Assembly (NCBI GenBank): GCA_964610875.1
Contig: CAZSWP010000009.1
Span: 1 to 64,000, forward strand
Direction of reading: 5' to 3'
DNA from: an uncultured archaeon
GTDB taxonomy: Archaea; Asgardarchaeota; Thorarchaeia; Thorarchaeales; Thorarchaeaceae
Length of the DNA: 64,000 nt
This document shows positions 9,456 through 19,389 of the stretch, in pieces. How positions within the stretch are numbered: the first letter of the stretch is position 1; each line of letters starts with the position of its first letter. Under the pieces are notes generated by a model that saw only the letters and a list, made by a program, of their open reading frames with translations, was not told the origin of the DNA and ran no database searches. The position numbers and the translations under genes were made by a program.

Positions 9456-11453
9456 ATGTGTTTCAATATAAAAAAGCCGCAGAATAGGAGTCGCGTACTA
9501 ACCTTGATTAACAGAGAATTCATCAACTCAGATGATTTTTTTGATGAATTCCAAGTAACAATAGAATCCGCGAACTTTCAGCGGACTCTTATTGAACTAC
9601 AGGAATTTGAGAAAACTGAGAATATTACAAGTGATGAGATTCTGCGAATAAAACTCCTCAAATGCCAAGTGCTCAATACTCTTGATCCCGCACGCTGCAT
9701 ACGAATAGCACAAGATATACTGAACTCGATTTCTTCTGATGTTTCACCTATATTGTGGTTCAAAGCCATGACAGTATTGGCCAACGGTCATTATCGTTGT
9801 GGGCATCTAGAAGAAGCTCTCTCAACTGTAGAATTAGAAAGTGCATACCTGAATACATCAACATCAATCCAAGAAAAGGAGAAGATGAAATGGCAAGCTC
9901 ATGTTCTTCAAATCAAGGCTAGTATATTGCTCAGGCAAAACCAACGACCTGAGGCTCTTAAGATATACGAGAAAGCATTAGATCTCAAACGAGCAGTAAA
10001 TGATCAACTAGGTATAGCCATGATTCTCAACTATATGGGGATAACTGAGAGAGGGATGGGAAACCTTGATACTGCAATGATGTATTTCGAAGAGAGTATC
10101 ACTGTTTCTTCGACAATTGGTGCCAAACGTACAATGTGTGCTGCAATGAACAATGTTGCTCTTATCTACAAAAGACGTGGTGACTTGGATGATGCATTGC
10201 AGCAATACTGGACATGTCTTCAACTGAATATAGAGTTGGGACAGATACAGGGTGAAGCCGTCAACCTTCTGAATATTGGAAATGTATTAGCAGCAAAGGG
10301 CGATGTTGACGCTGCACTTGAACATCATTTCAAGTCGTTAGAAATCCGAAAAAACATTGGAAATGCAGCAATGATAGCAATTGCCCTATATAGTATTATT
10401 ACCCTTGCCAGTGAGAATGGCATGGATGATCTTGTCACATCTACATATTCTGAGATGAAAGACCTATCTGCAAATTCTTCAATACTTGAAGTACAAATCT
10501 ATTCCAAATTAGCAAGAGGTATTATCCATAAATTCCGTGGACGTGTCCGAGATCAGGCAATAGCTCAGGATATCTTCGAAACAATCAGTCATAATCAAGC
10601 GGTTCATGCAGAACTCAGGACAGATGCAATGTTGTATCTTTGCGAGTTACTATTAGTCGAACTCACTAACAATCAGGACACTGAGATACTTGAAGAAATC
10701 AATGAAATCATTCACATTCTAAAATCAATAGCAAGAAGACTGGCGCAATATCCTCTTCTGGCAGAGATTTATCTAATCGAGGCGAAGCTATTATTGATTG
10801 AACTAAAGATTGACGAAGCCAAGGCTATTCTTGGTGAGGCACAATCTATAGCTGAGGAAAAGGGTCTTACTAAACTGGCAAGAATAATTTCAAAAGAACA
10901 TGACAAAATACTGGAACAGATGAATGATTGGTCCAAAATGCAGACTACCGAGGACAGTCTATCTGAGAGGATTAAGCTTGCAGCAGTTGAAGATATCTTG
11001 TCTAAAACCCTACACGGCTATGATATCAAGCTAGATGATATTGAGAACGAACATGCTATCATGATTTTGATAATGTCCATAGACTCAGGACTTGCACGAT
11101 ATTCCAAACGTTTTGAATCTAGGACAAAAGTCGACGAACAGGCCTTAGGAGCTTTCATTTCAGCTCTGAATACTTTCAGTCAGGAAACTCTATCTGTTTC
11201 CGGTATGATTGAACGCATTCGACATAATGAATATACAATGCTCCTTGAACCAAGTGATGGTATTGTTTTTTGTTATATATTCCATGGAGAAAGCTACCCT
11301 GCTCTGGAAAGACTAAGTAAATTCATCAAAGCTCTTCGTGAAGATGATAGTACTTGGACACGACTCGTTACAGAGATGGCTGCGCTTGATGAGAAAACTC
11401 GTAAGCAAATTGACAACAACATCGCTAGTATCTTTGAAGCAGCTATATACTAG
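9456..11453 (+). CDS. TPR (MalT-like) protein with C-terminal longin-like domain
   Basis: 40-aa TPR repeats (A..LN.MG, A.NNVA, A.NLLNIG). C-terminal IMILIM..SGL..LGAFISALNTFS..FCYIF. The start is uncertain. Confidence 0.8.
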   Translation: MCFNIKKPQNRSRVLTLINREFINSDDFFDEFQVTIESANFQRTLIELQEFEKTENITSDEILRIKLLKCQVLNTLDPARCIRIAQDILNSISSDVSPILWFKAMTVLANGHYRCGHLEEALSTVELESAYLNTSTSIQEKEKMKWQAHVLQIKASILLRQNQRPEALKIYEKALDLKRAVNDQLGIAMILNYMGITERGMGNLDTAMMYFEESITVSSTIGAKRTMCAAMNNVALIYKRRGDLDDALQQYWTCLQLNIELGQIQGEAVNLLNIGNVLAAKGDVDAALEHHFKSLEIRKNIGNAAMIAIALYSIITLASENGMDDLVTSTYSEMKDLSANSSILEVQIYSKLARGIIHKFRGRVRDQAIAQDIFETISHNQAVHAELRTDAMLYLCELLLVELTNNQDTEILEEINEIIHILKSIARRLAQYPLLAEIYLIEAKLLLIELKIDEAKAILGEAQSIAEEKGLTKLARIISKEHDKILEQMNDWSKMQTTEDSLSERIKLAAVEDILSKTLHGYDIKLDDIENEHAIMILIMSIDSGLARYSKRFESRTKVDEQALGAFISALNTFSQETLSVSGMIERIRHNEYTMLLEPSDGIVFCYIFHGESYPALERLSKFIKALREDDSTWTRLVTEMAALDEKTRKQIDNNIASIFEAAIY

Positions 11454-11655
11454 TATGGAAGTTTGCTTCACATGAATGAACTGCTACGCAATGGTCCTCC
11501 ACTTTCTTCTATGCTCCGTAATTCCGAGGATAATTTAATCATAATATAGAGCATAACCAATTATGCAGTTTTTGCAAGTAAAATATATAAAGGAGATTGT
11601 AAATCGTGCGGCATCTGGTTTAGTAAGGCTGGACCAGTTCGCGTGGTGCGATAAT

Positions 11656-13071
11656 ATGAAAAAAACGAAAATTCTATCGATGCTCTTTCTTTGTACGTTA
11701 GTCTTGACAGTGCTACCTGCACTAGGTAGTGCGAAAGTTGTGGCGACTGACATCGATCAAGGAGCTATAACAGAGGCGGGTGTTTCACAAGATGGAGCAA
11801 ATCGTCAGGCATTTACTCTTGAATCGCTAACAGTGGTGCCATATGACCTCCAATCAGCACACCCATACAGCAACAATTTTGACTATACATGGAGTCTCAA
11901 AAAGGATGGTGCAACTCAGATAAGAGTGCATTTCACAAGAATTGACACTGAGAGATACTACGATTACGTGTATGTCTATGACTACAACAACAATCGTCTT
12001 CACAGCCTCTCAGGACTCTACTCATCTGGTGGCTGGACACAGTGGAGCTATGGCGACACAATAAAGATACGCCTTGATACTGACTATATGATAACTGATT
12101 GGGGTTTTGCCATCGATCAGGTTGAATATGAAGGCGGTGGTGGCGGTGGTGGCGACAACGAATTAGAGAATGGAGTCACTGCAACAAGCTCACTCTCTGC
12201 AACTGGTGCTACTGAGATGTGGACAATGGAGGTCGATTCTGGTGCAGTTAGTATGGAATCTATCCTCACTTGTGGATCAGCTGACTTTGACCTCTACGGT
12301 CGACTTGGAGCAGAACCAACTACTTCCACTTACGACTGGAGGGGCTACACTTCTGGTGGTGAAGAAGTCACTTTCAACAATCCTGGTGCAGGCACCTGGT
12401 ATTTCATGGTCCGCTCATACAGTGGGTCTGGCTCATACCAGCTGACTGTAACAATTGACTATGATGGTGGCGGCGGTGGTGGAGGCTCTGAAAAGATTGC
12501 TGCATTCTTCTGGGCAAGTGATGCAGGTACTGCTTCGGTCATAAACGAGTACCAGAATATTCTCGAAGATGAAGGCTATACGAAGTTCTTCTATTTTGAA
12601 GACACCAGTAACTTCCAGTATGACTTCAATCAAGTTGCAGCATATGAAGACTCGGATGATATCGTCTTCTTCTATCTCTTCGGTCATGGCAACAATGATG
12701 GATATCACTCATATACTGCATTTGCGCCCTCAAGCAGTTTTGTCTACTCTGATGATTTCAGAGCCATGTGTGATACCTTGGACAGTTCAAGCGTAGGGTT
12801 GTTAATCTCATCTTGTCACTCAGGTGACTGGGCTGATGATATGAGAGGTGGTGGCTATCTAGCTATCTCCTCTTCCGATGAAACACACAATTCTTGGGCT
12901 GTAGGAGCACTACCTGGTGAAGAGGTATTTGCAAATTACTTCTGGAACTATGTAGCTCAGGGTTACAGTGCTGTGGAAGCATTCTATCTAGCAGAGGATA
13001 ATATGCCAACTGGCTATTATGCTCAGTACCCAAAGCTCTGTAACGAGTGTGCATACAACTTCTTTGGCTGA
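11656..13071 (+). CDS. secreted protein: CUB domain, PPC domain and caspase/hemoglobinase-fold (clan CD) peptidase
   Basis: Signal peptide MKKTKILSML; CUB-like SAHPYSNN..IRVHF..TERYYDYV..WGF; PPC-like DFDLY..PGAGTWY; His-Cys dyad LFGHG / SSCHSG; poly-Gly linkers. Confidence 0.8.
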   Translation: MKKTKILSMLFLCTLVLTVLPALGSAKVVATDIDQGAITEAGVSQDGANRQAFTLESLTVVPYDLQSAHPYSNNFDYTWSLKKDGATQIRVHFTRIDTERYYDYVYVYDYNNNRLHSLSGLYSSGGWTQWSYGDTIKIRLDTDYMITDWGFAIDQVEYEGGGGGGGDNELENGVTATSSLSATGATEMWTMEVDSGAVSMESILTCGSADFDLYGRLGAEPTTSTYDWRGYTSGGEEVTFNNPGAGTWYFMVRSYSGSGSYQLTVTIDYDGGGGGGGSEKIAAFFWASDAGTASVINEYQNILEDEGYTKFFYFEDTSNFQYDFNQVAAYEDSDDIVFFYLFGHGNNDGYHSYTAFAPSSSFVYSDDFRAMCDTLDSSSVGLLISSCHSGDWADDMRGGGYLAISSSDETHNSWAVGALPGEEVFANYFWNYVAQGYSAVEAFYLAEDNMPTGYYAQYPKLCNECAYNFFG

Positions 13072-13088
13072 AGTCGACCACTATCTAT

Positions 13089-13137
13089 GACACAGTCAGT
13101 AGGATCAATCCTATCGTCTGTGTCTATCTCTTTTTTT
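13089..13137 (+). terminator. hairpin plus T-tract
   Basis: GACACAG..TAGGAT..ATCCTA..CTGTGTC followed by a T7 run. Confidence 0.55.
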
Positions 13138-13165
13138 CAAGTACTCATCAGGATTATCATTGTTC

Positions 13166-14101
13166 CTAGAGATAGATTGGCTCTTCTGGAACTTTTGGGA
13201 AAAGAGTGATCTCTCTAATATGAGGTCGTCTTGTAAGGAAACGAATTAATCTCTCAATACCCAATCCCCCTCCTGCACTTGGTTTGAGAATACCTTTTCT
13301 TGCTAGTTCAAGATATGGTCTGTAACTATCTGTCCTCTGTCCTCTCTCTAGGATTTTCCTAACTAGGATGTCATACTCAAAATCACGTTCTCCACCAGAC
13401 AATGCCTCTCCAAAGCCCTCTGGATAGAACAAGTCATAGTTTACATAATGCCCTCGTCGAGCTTCTTCCTCTTTATCGTAAAACTCTCTCTTGTAATCTG
13501 TAATCCAGAACAGGTCTTCTTCGCGCTGTGATATCTTTGTTTCAAACTCATCACCATATTTTTCATAGAGGTCTCTTGAGGAATACACTCTAAATGGTTT
13601 CTCTGGTATTTTGATATCTGCGCCCAGATCTGCAAGTTCTCTGGAACAGGTGTCCAACACCCTAGAGAAGATGTGGACCATCAGGTCTTCGATAAATGAA
13701 CGGAATTCCTTTGCTTTCATTCTCTCAATCTCAATGTCCAACTGTGAGAACTCCAGCAGATGCATGTCACTTCGACTCTCTTTTTCGAGTCGCACGTTGG
13801 GGGATACTATATAGACACCTCTGGCTTTCAATTGCGATATTGCAATCTGTTTGTGTAGAATCATGCTTTTCGTGAGCTGTAATCTTTGACCTAGATATTC
13901 GATAGATGCATCATGGACAGGATGATTGAGTGGGTCCGTTATAGGGGACAGAATCACTGGCATCAACTAAATGATTCCTTCCTTGTTAAGAAACTCGTGT
14001 GCTGCAAGTAATGCTTGACTCTGTATCTTGAGTATGTCTACAAGTTGTTCACTCTGTTCTCGATATGTTGTCTGTTGTTGTGATATTTCTTGATACGTCA
14101 T
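13166..14101 (-). pseudogene. asnA: archaeal asparagine synthetase A (AsnRS-like) with an in-frame TAG
   Basis: EGII*LMPVILSPITDPL, LTKSMILHKQ, SPNVRLE, HLLEFSQLDIE, GEALSGGERD and GGGLGIER. TAG at 13967-13969 with the frame preserved. Confidence 0.85.
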
Positions 14102-14232
14102 TACAATAACCTGACTATGATGTTCTATAGCAGAATGAAGGATAACAACATAACAAATAGTTTTACTAAGAATTTTCGTTAGATAAGCAAAAAACACAGC
14201 ATTAATAACATATAATGGAATAATATTCCATT

Positions 14233-14682
14233 ATGAGCGGAATTGACAGAAAAGATTACAAGATTTTGACCCTCCTTGAGGAGAATGCACGAATGACAAC
14301 CAGTGAGATGTCAAAACGTCTCAATATACCCCAGACTACAATCTACAATCGGATAAAGCGGATGCGTGACAATGGAGTGATTGAGCGATTCACTATAGAC
14401 ATCGATCGAAAAAAAATTGGTAAGGGTCTGGTTGCATTGATTCTCTGTACAGTTAGTTATCGCACCACAAAGGGAGCGAAGATTGACCAGTATGAAGTGG
14501 CACAATTGATTAAGCAATTGCCAGAGGTTGAAGAGGTTTCTATTGTGACTGGTGAGATTGATCTCATTGTCAAAGTTGCTTTAAGAGATGTCGATGAGCT
14601 GAACGATTTTGTCATATTCAAACTGAGGGATATTGATGGTATAGAGAAGACCATGACTTCTGTAGTATTATCAGAGGTGTGA
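14233..14682 (+). CDS. Lrp/AsnC family regulator
   Basis: IDRKDYKILTLLEENAR..HTH..VTGEIDL; divergent from asnA. Confidence 0.95.
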   Translation: MSGIDRKDYKILTLLEENARMTTSEMSKRLNIPQTTIYNRIKRMRDNGVIERFTIDIDRKKIGKGLVALILCTVSYRTTKGAKIDQYEVAQLIKQLPEVEEVSIVTGEIDLIVKVALRDVDELNDFVIFKLRDIDGIEKTMTSVVLSEV

Positions 14683-14772
14683 CATAATCTCCTCATTTTA
14701 CTCTGATTTCAGAATGTCTTATATCTCCACTTAATCTCAAAGAAATCTGTGTGCCCCCTTGGTCGTGATTAA

Positions 14773-15423
14773 TTGCCTGAACAGGAAATAGATGATGAAG
14801 AGAAACAATCAGTATATTGTGGGATTCATGCAAGGTATAGTAGTAAGGATGCAAGATGGTTCGCTATCATCTCATTCGCAACGATGATAGTCGCCTATAT
14901 TGGAATTGCTTCTTCAAGTATTAGCTACGTTGGCCTATCATTTGATATAGGTGTATTTCTTGGTCTTGACTCATTTGTATTGACTGAAGCGATGATTATC
15001 ATTCCAATACATCTGATCATAGCAATGATATTCTTTGGTGGTGCAGAGTGGTATGTTCTCTGCAGGCACTGTGTCTGTTATGAACACTCAGGTAAAGAAC
15101 ACGGGGATGAGAACAAGTTCTATTGTCTTGCTAACTGGGGAAGTCCCAAGCTCTTCAAGTATGAACCATCACCAGTGAGTACAGCAGGTAGAGCTGTATT
15201 CCTAATCTGGGGAATTGGATTCAGTTTCTTGTTTCCAGTGCTCTACCTCTGGGATAGGTTAGATTGGCTGATTGCATACCTTCTAATGACATTCGCTTTT
15301 CTAGTGACTCTGAGGCACTGGGGATGTTCGAGTTGTCCAAACTTTGGATGTGCATTGAATTGCGTTTCCGAAGAAAACAGAAAGGCGTTCGAAGAGAAAC
15401 TGATAGCAGGTGAAGTCTATTAG
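14773..15423 (+). CDS. Cys-rich membrane protein
   Basis: TM helices with CRHCVCY and CSSCPNFGCALNC clusters. Confidence 0.75.
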   Translation: MPEQEIDDEEKQSVYCGIHARYSSKDARWFAIISFATMIVAYIGIASSSISYVGLSFDIGVFLGLDSFVLTEAMIIIPIHLIIAMIFFGGAEWYVLCRHCVCYEHSGKEHGDENKFYCLANWGSPKLFKYEPSPVSTAGRAVFLIWGIGFSFLFPVLYLWDRLDWLIAYLLMTFAFLVTLRHWGCSSCPNFGCALNCVSEENRKAFEEKLIAGEVY

Positions 15424-15647
15424 ACGTATATCTTGAATTCTATCCTTCTAATTCATACTCTTCCTCTGTATTAACTCGTAGGGTCTTACAATGCTTTGAA
15501 AGGAGAAACATGCCTCTCCTAACCCTTAAGTGATGCATTGTGCTATGTAGAAGGTTAACTCAGGGAAGGTTTGTGAAATGAAAAAGAAGAAGGGTTTCGT
15601 ACAGCTCCCAGAATTCCAGACAGACCTAGACATCAGTGTATAGGCAC

Positions 15648-15654
15648 TTATATA
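15648..15654 (+). promoter_or_regulatory. TATA box for the structured RNA, copy 1
   Basis: TTATATA lies 20 nt upstream of the first stem, in the same position as in copies 2 and 3. Confidence 0.6.
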
Positions 15655-15674
15655 CTCCTGACAAGAACAACTTG

Positions 15675-15782
15675 GTGAGGGTGTATTGACACACGAACGT
15701 GCTCTCACAAAGCCATTCCCAGTACCGCTCCTGGGAGGACAATGCTTTGGTGTCCAGAATTGTCCAGCTTACAATGAACGGT
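15675..15782 (+). ncRNA. structured ncRNA, copy 1
   Basis: Stems GTGAGGGT/GCTCTCAC, AAAGC/GCTTT, TCCCAG/CTGGGA and GGACAAT/ATTGTCC; 3' end TACAATGAACGGT. Confidence 0.7.
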
Positions 15783-18374
15783 ATCAATCTTGCACTCTCA
15801 CTGATTGGACCGATTGCTATGATTATTCTCCTGACAATGCCAATTGGTCCATTGGCAGGAGGGCTTGGAATCTTACAACCCATTGGTGGAATTTTTGATG
15901 TTGGCATCGGATTGAATGAAGCTCCACAAGAAACCATACAAATTGAAGGTCTGGAGAACGAAGTGACAATTCTCATAGATCAGTATGGTGTTCCTCATAT
16001 CTATGCTGATTCAGCAGCAGATGCATACTATGGTCTTGGCTATATGCACGCAAAGGACAGACTCTTCCAGATGGTGATGCAAAAATATCTTGCTGCAGGA
16101 AGGGTCAGCGAACTTGTGGGTGGTTATGCCAATAGTTCTGACAAGATATATCGCACTATTGGCCTTGAGAGGACTGCTCGTAAGACTCTGAACTGGTTCC
16201 TTGAGAATTCTGATACAAATCCAGATGTCGCATTTGCGCTTGAGCTAATGGATGCACAAGTGAAAGGTATTAACACCTTCATTGAGAGAATGACCTCTGC
16301 AGATACACCGATAGAATTCCGATTGCTAGGGATAGCTCCCGAGCCATGGAGCAAGATCGACATGTTCCTTGGTGCGTCCTTCATCACTTGGAGTCTAACA
16401 GGTGACTTTGATGATTTGGTACGCTTATGGTTGCGACAGAATATTCAGAACGACACCATGTATAACGAACTCTACCCTGATCTAATGCCCTATCAAAAAT
16501 ACGTGGTTCAAGAACAGACCAACTTGAGTCTAACTGATTATCCTGACGCTCCTGGTGGTTATCCTATGGAGTTTCCTTTTGAATCTCAGAGTGTCATTGA
16601 TGATATTGCTGTAATCGAACTGGAGAAGCTTGAGGAAATACTGGGCTATCTCCTTCCCATTGTTGATCCTTATGGACTGAAAGATAGTTTTGGAAGCAAT
16701 AACTGGGCAGTTTCTGGAAATCGTAGCAATACGGGCAACCCCATGCTTTGTAACGATGCCCACATGCCGATTGTTGCACCGAACTTGGTCTATGAAGCAC
16801 ACCTATCAGTCCTGAATTTGATGAATGTGATGGGCGTGACTCTTCCAGGAATGCCATCTGTGGAAACTGGTTTCAATGATTACATTGCTTGGGGCTTCAC
16901 GAATGGTGGGCTAGATGTTCTGGATATCTTTGCAGAGCAACTCAACCCATCAAATTCGAGTGAATACTATTACAATGGGGAATACCGTGCCTTTGAGATA
17001 ATAGATGAAACAATCCATACCAGAGAAGGTATTGATATCCCCTTCGAGGTGAAAGTTTCAGTTCACGGACCACTCATTGACAGTGTGGTCAGTAGAGATG
17101 ATAGTGGTCTTCCATATCTGGCAATGAACTGGACAGGAAATAGTGTCAGTCACTTGATAATTGCAGCTACAAAACTGAACAAGGCACAAAACATCGATGA
17201 CTATTTTGATGCTATCTCCTGGTGGGATAATCCAGTCTTCAACTTTGCATATGCTGATGCTGTGGGTAACATTGCAATGACTGTGTGTGGTCGCATTCCT
17301 ATCCGTAGTGGCTATAGTGGCATGTTCCCAGTGACAGCACTAAATGATTCTGTAGGCATGGTAGGCAATGTGCCCTATGCCCATCTTCCTAGAGAAGTTA
17401 ATCCTTCCAAGGGTTATGTGTCCTCAGCAAATCAACGGTCAATTGATCCCAATAAATACGGATATCCACTGGTTGGACCCTATGTTGACGGGTATCGTGG
17501 AAGAAGAATCAATGAACTTCTTGCTGCCGATGATGACATCACAACAGAAGACTTGATGCGATTCCAAGCAGATGCAATCGAGATTCGAGCGCGTAGTATC
17601 ATCCCTGAGGTGATTTCTGCATGGGAGAATCTGGGTGGTACCAATACAACTGTTCAGATGGTAATTGATTGGTTTGAAGAATGGGACTATGAGATGGACA
17701 CTGTACTTGAAGCACCTACTGTCTGGATGCATCTCTATGATGCCATTAGATATGAAACATTTGATGAGTTGCAGTTCTTAGAGGATGCAATTGAAGATTC
17801 GTCTAGCAAACAGGTTGCACTCCCGTCGAATCCCTATCCACGTGCTCCAATTCTCGAGCAACTAATACTTGAGAACACCTCTGTCTATTTCGATGATACG
17901 AGAACTGATGAGATATTAGAAACACGAAATCACATTCTGGTTAGGTCGATGCATTTGGCAATCGACAAGATGCATGCATTATATGGTTCCAATACAACCA
18001 ACTGGAAATATGGTATTCATCATACCATCAATGTCGAGCACATTGCAGGTCTGAAAACTATTGAAGGTGGTGCTATACGCGGACAACACACACTCTTTCC
18101 ATCATATGGATGGGAAATGCGTTCTGGACCGGTTCTACGTCATATCATTGATCTAGGGAATCCCCTCAACTCGAGGAGTGTCATACCTGGAGGACAGAGT
18201 GGCAATCCATTCAGTGAACACTTTGATGATCTGTTTCAGCTCTGGTTCTCATTTGACAGGGACAAAGGACACTATCTCTACCAAGAGATTTACACCTATT
18301 CCACACCTGAAGCATTCTTGGCTGCAAACACGGATGGGACACTGATTGAGAGAAGACTCACTCTAATTCCATAA
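15774..18374 (+). CDS. penicillin acylase family Ntn-hydrolase, membrane-anchored or secreted
   Basis: DQYGVPHIYA, GYMHAKDRLFQM, catalytic GSNNWAV, NDAH and PGGQSG. The current ATG lies inside the inserted element. Confidence 0.92.
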   Translation: MNGINLALSLIGPIAMIILLTMPIGPLAGGLGILQPIGGIFDVGIGLNEAPQETIQIEGLENEVTILIDQYGVPHIYADSAADAYYGLGYMHAKDRLFQMVMQKYLAAGRVSELVGGYANSSDKIYRTIGLERTARKTLNWFLENSDTNPDVAFALELMDAQVKGINTFIERMTSADTPIEFRLLGIAPEPWSKIDMFLGASFITWSLTGDFDDLVRLWLRQNIQNDTMYNELYPDLMPYQKYVVQEQTNLSLTDYPDAPGGYPMEFPFESQSVIDDIAVIELEKLEEILGYLLPIVDPYGLKDSFGSNNWAVSGNRSNTGNPMLCNDAHMPIVAPNLVYEAHLSVLNLMNVMGVTLPGMPSVETGFNDYIAWGFTNGGLDVLDIFAEQLNPSNSSEYYYNGEYRAFEIIDETIHTREGIDIPFEVKVSVHGPLIDSVVSRDDSGLPYLAMNWTGNSVSHLIIAATKLNKAQNIDDYFDAISWWDNPVFNFAYADAVGNIAMTVCGRIPIRSGYSGMFPVTALNDSVGMVGNVPYAHLPREVNPSKGYVSSANQRSIDPNKYGYPLVGPYVDGYRGRRINELLAADDDITTEDLMRFQADAIEIRARSIIPEVISAWENLGGTNTTVQMVIDWFEEWDYEMDTVLEAPTVWMHLYDAIRYETFDELQFLEDAIEDSSSKQVALPSNPYPRAPILEQLILENTSVYFDDTRTDEILETRNHILVRSMHLAIDKMHALYGSNTTNWKYGIHHTINVEHIAGLKTIEGGAIRGQHTLFPSYGWEMRSGPVLRHIIDLGNPLNSRSVIPGGQSGNPFSEHFDDLFQLWFSFDRDKGHYLYQEIYTYSTPEAFLAANTDGTLIERRLTLIP

Positions 18375-18395
18375 CCAATAGGAGGAAAAATAAAA

Positions 18396-18803
18396 ATGAA
18401 TAAGATAGATAATACATTTCCCAAACTCGGAGTTTTACCAACACTTGTAGTCACCATCATTCTAGCTGTAGTCTTACAGTTGAGTGGAATTTGAATCATG
18501 ATGCTAGGAGTTGGAATAGCTAGTTCCCTATTCTTACGTAACCATCTTCAGAGTTTCATTGTAGGTTTTGTAGGAGTGTTCTTTGGATGGCTACTTCTGT
18601 TCGTGGTTCTCATATTCAGTGCACAGGCATTAGTGATAGCAGACTTCTTCATAGGCCTCTTAGGTTTGAGTGGACTAGGTCCTCTGGTTATCATTATCAG
18701 CTGTCTTATCGGTGGAGTTCTTGGTGGTTTTGGAGGTGTATTAGGAAGGTCTCTTGTAGAGATGATTGATGAGTTTCTTCAGTCGTCAGAAGAAATGGCT
18801 TAA
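18396..18803 (+). pseudogene. Gly-rich membrane protein with an in-frame TGA
   Basis: GGAGG SD, then ATG 18396 MNKIDNTF..LQLSGI*IMMLG. TGA at 18492-18494 is in frame with 18498..18803. Confidence 0.65.
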
Positions 18804-18878
18804 TGGTTATCATTTTAGAGGTGATTCTAACATTCGTTGGGAAGAGTTAATCTTCTTTCAAAACAATGTTTGAGTGAG

Positions 18879-19163
18879 ATGGGCGAATTAAAAGAACGCC
18901 CTCGAAAAGGGGAGTATGGGTTTACTACTGGCAACTGTCATTGGTGTGGAAAAGATGATACTTGACATTGAGGTATGTACTGCTCGAGGAGATGTACTGC
19001 AGCTGGATCATTTTACCAATATGTGATTATGACTTCTTTCATATTGATTATTGCTGTTGTGTTGCTTCTCGAGGCGAACATCATCGGATTTGCATTTTTC
19101 TCGCTACTCAGTCTATTACTATTCTACTATGTTTTGGTAGGATTTGGAATGAGAAGCGCATGA
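18879..19163 (+). pseudogene. Zn-finger (CxxC..YCSxxC) membrane protein with two in-frame TGA
   Basis: MGELKERP..CHWCGKDDT*H*GMYCSRRC followed by two TM helices. TGA at 18963 and 18969. Confidence 0.6.
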
Positions 19164-19389
19164 ATTAGTATAGGTGGAAATTCAACTGGAAGATTACTTA
19201 GATTCTATTCATCTTCTTCTATACCAGATTACACCAAGTGTGACAATAGTTGTGGTGACAAGTAAAACAAGAACTATTACGTATGGACAAATTCCAATGC
19301 ATGAAGGGTGATTACTGCTGAAGATTAATGGAATGAGCATGATCTGAACACATGTACCAATTCAAGTCAGCATGATTCCAAAACTAGAA

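Larger units (their letters stand above)
15596..15782 (+). mobile_element. 187-bp non-autonomous cassette, copy 1 (IS607/OMEGA-like, inferred)
   Basis: Aligns with 34326-34513 with a single 1-nt indel. Flanked by GGT on both sides. Removing it fuses MKKKKG (15578) to INLALSLIG in frame. Confidence 0.65.

Noticed and set aside
15699-15773. ORF-track N-terminal extension of the penicillin acylase
   Set aside because: It is a translation of the inserted RNA element; the same DNA is non-coding in copies 2 and 3.
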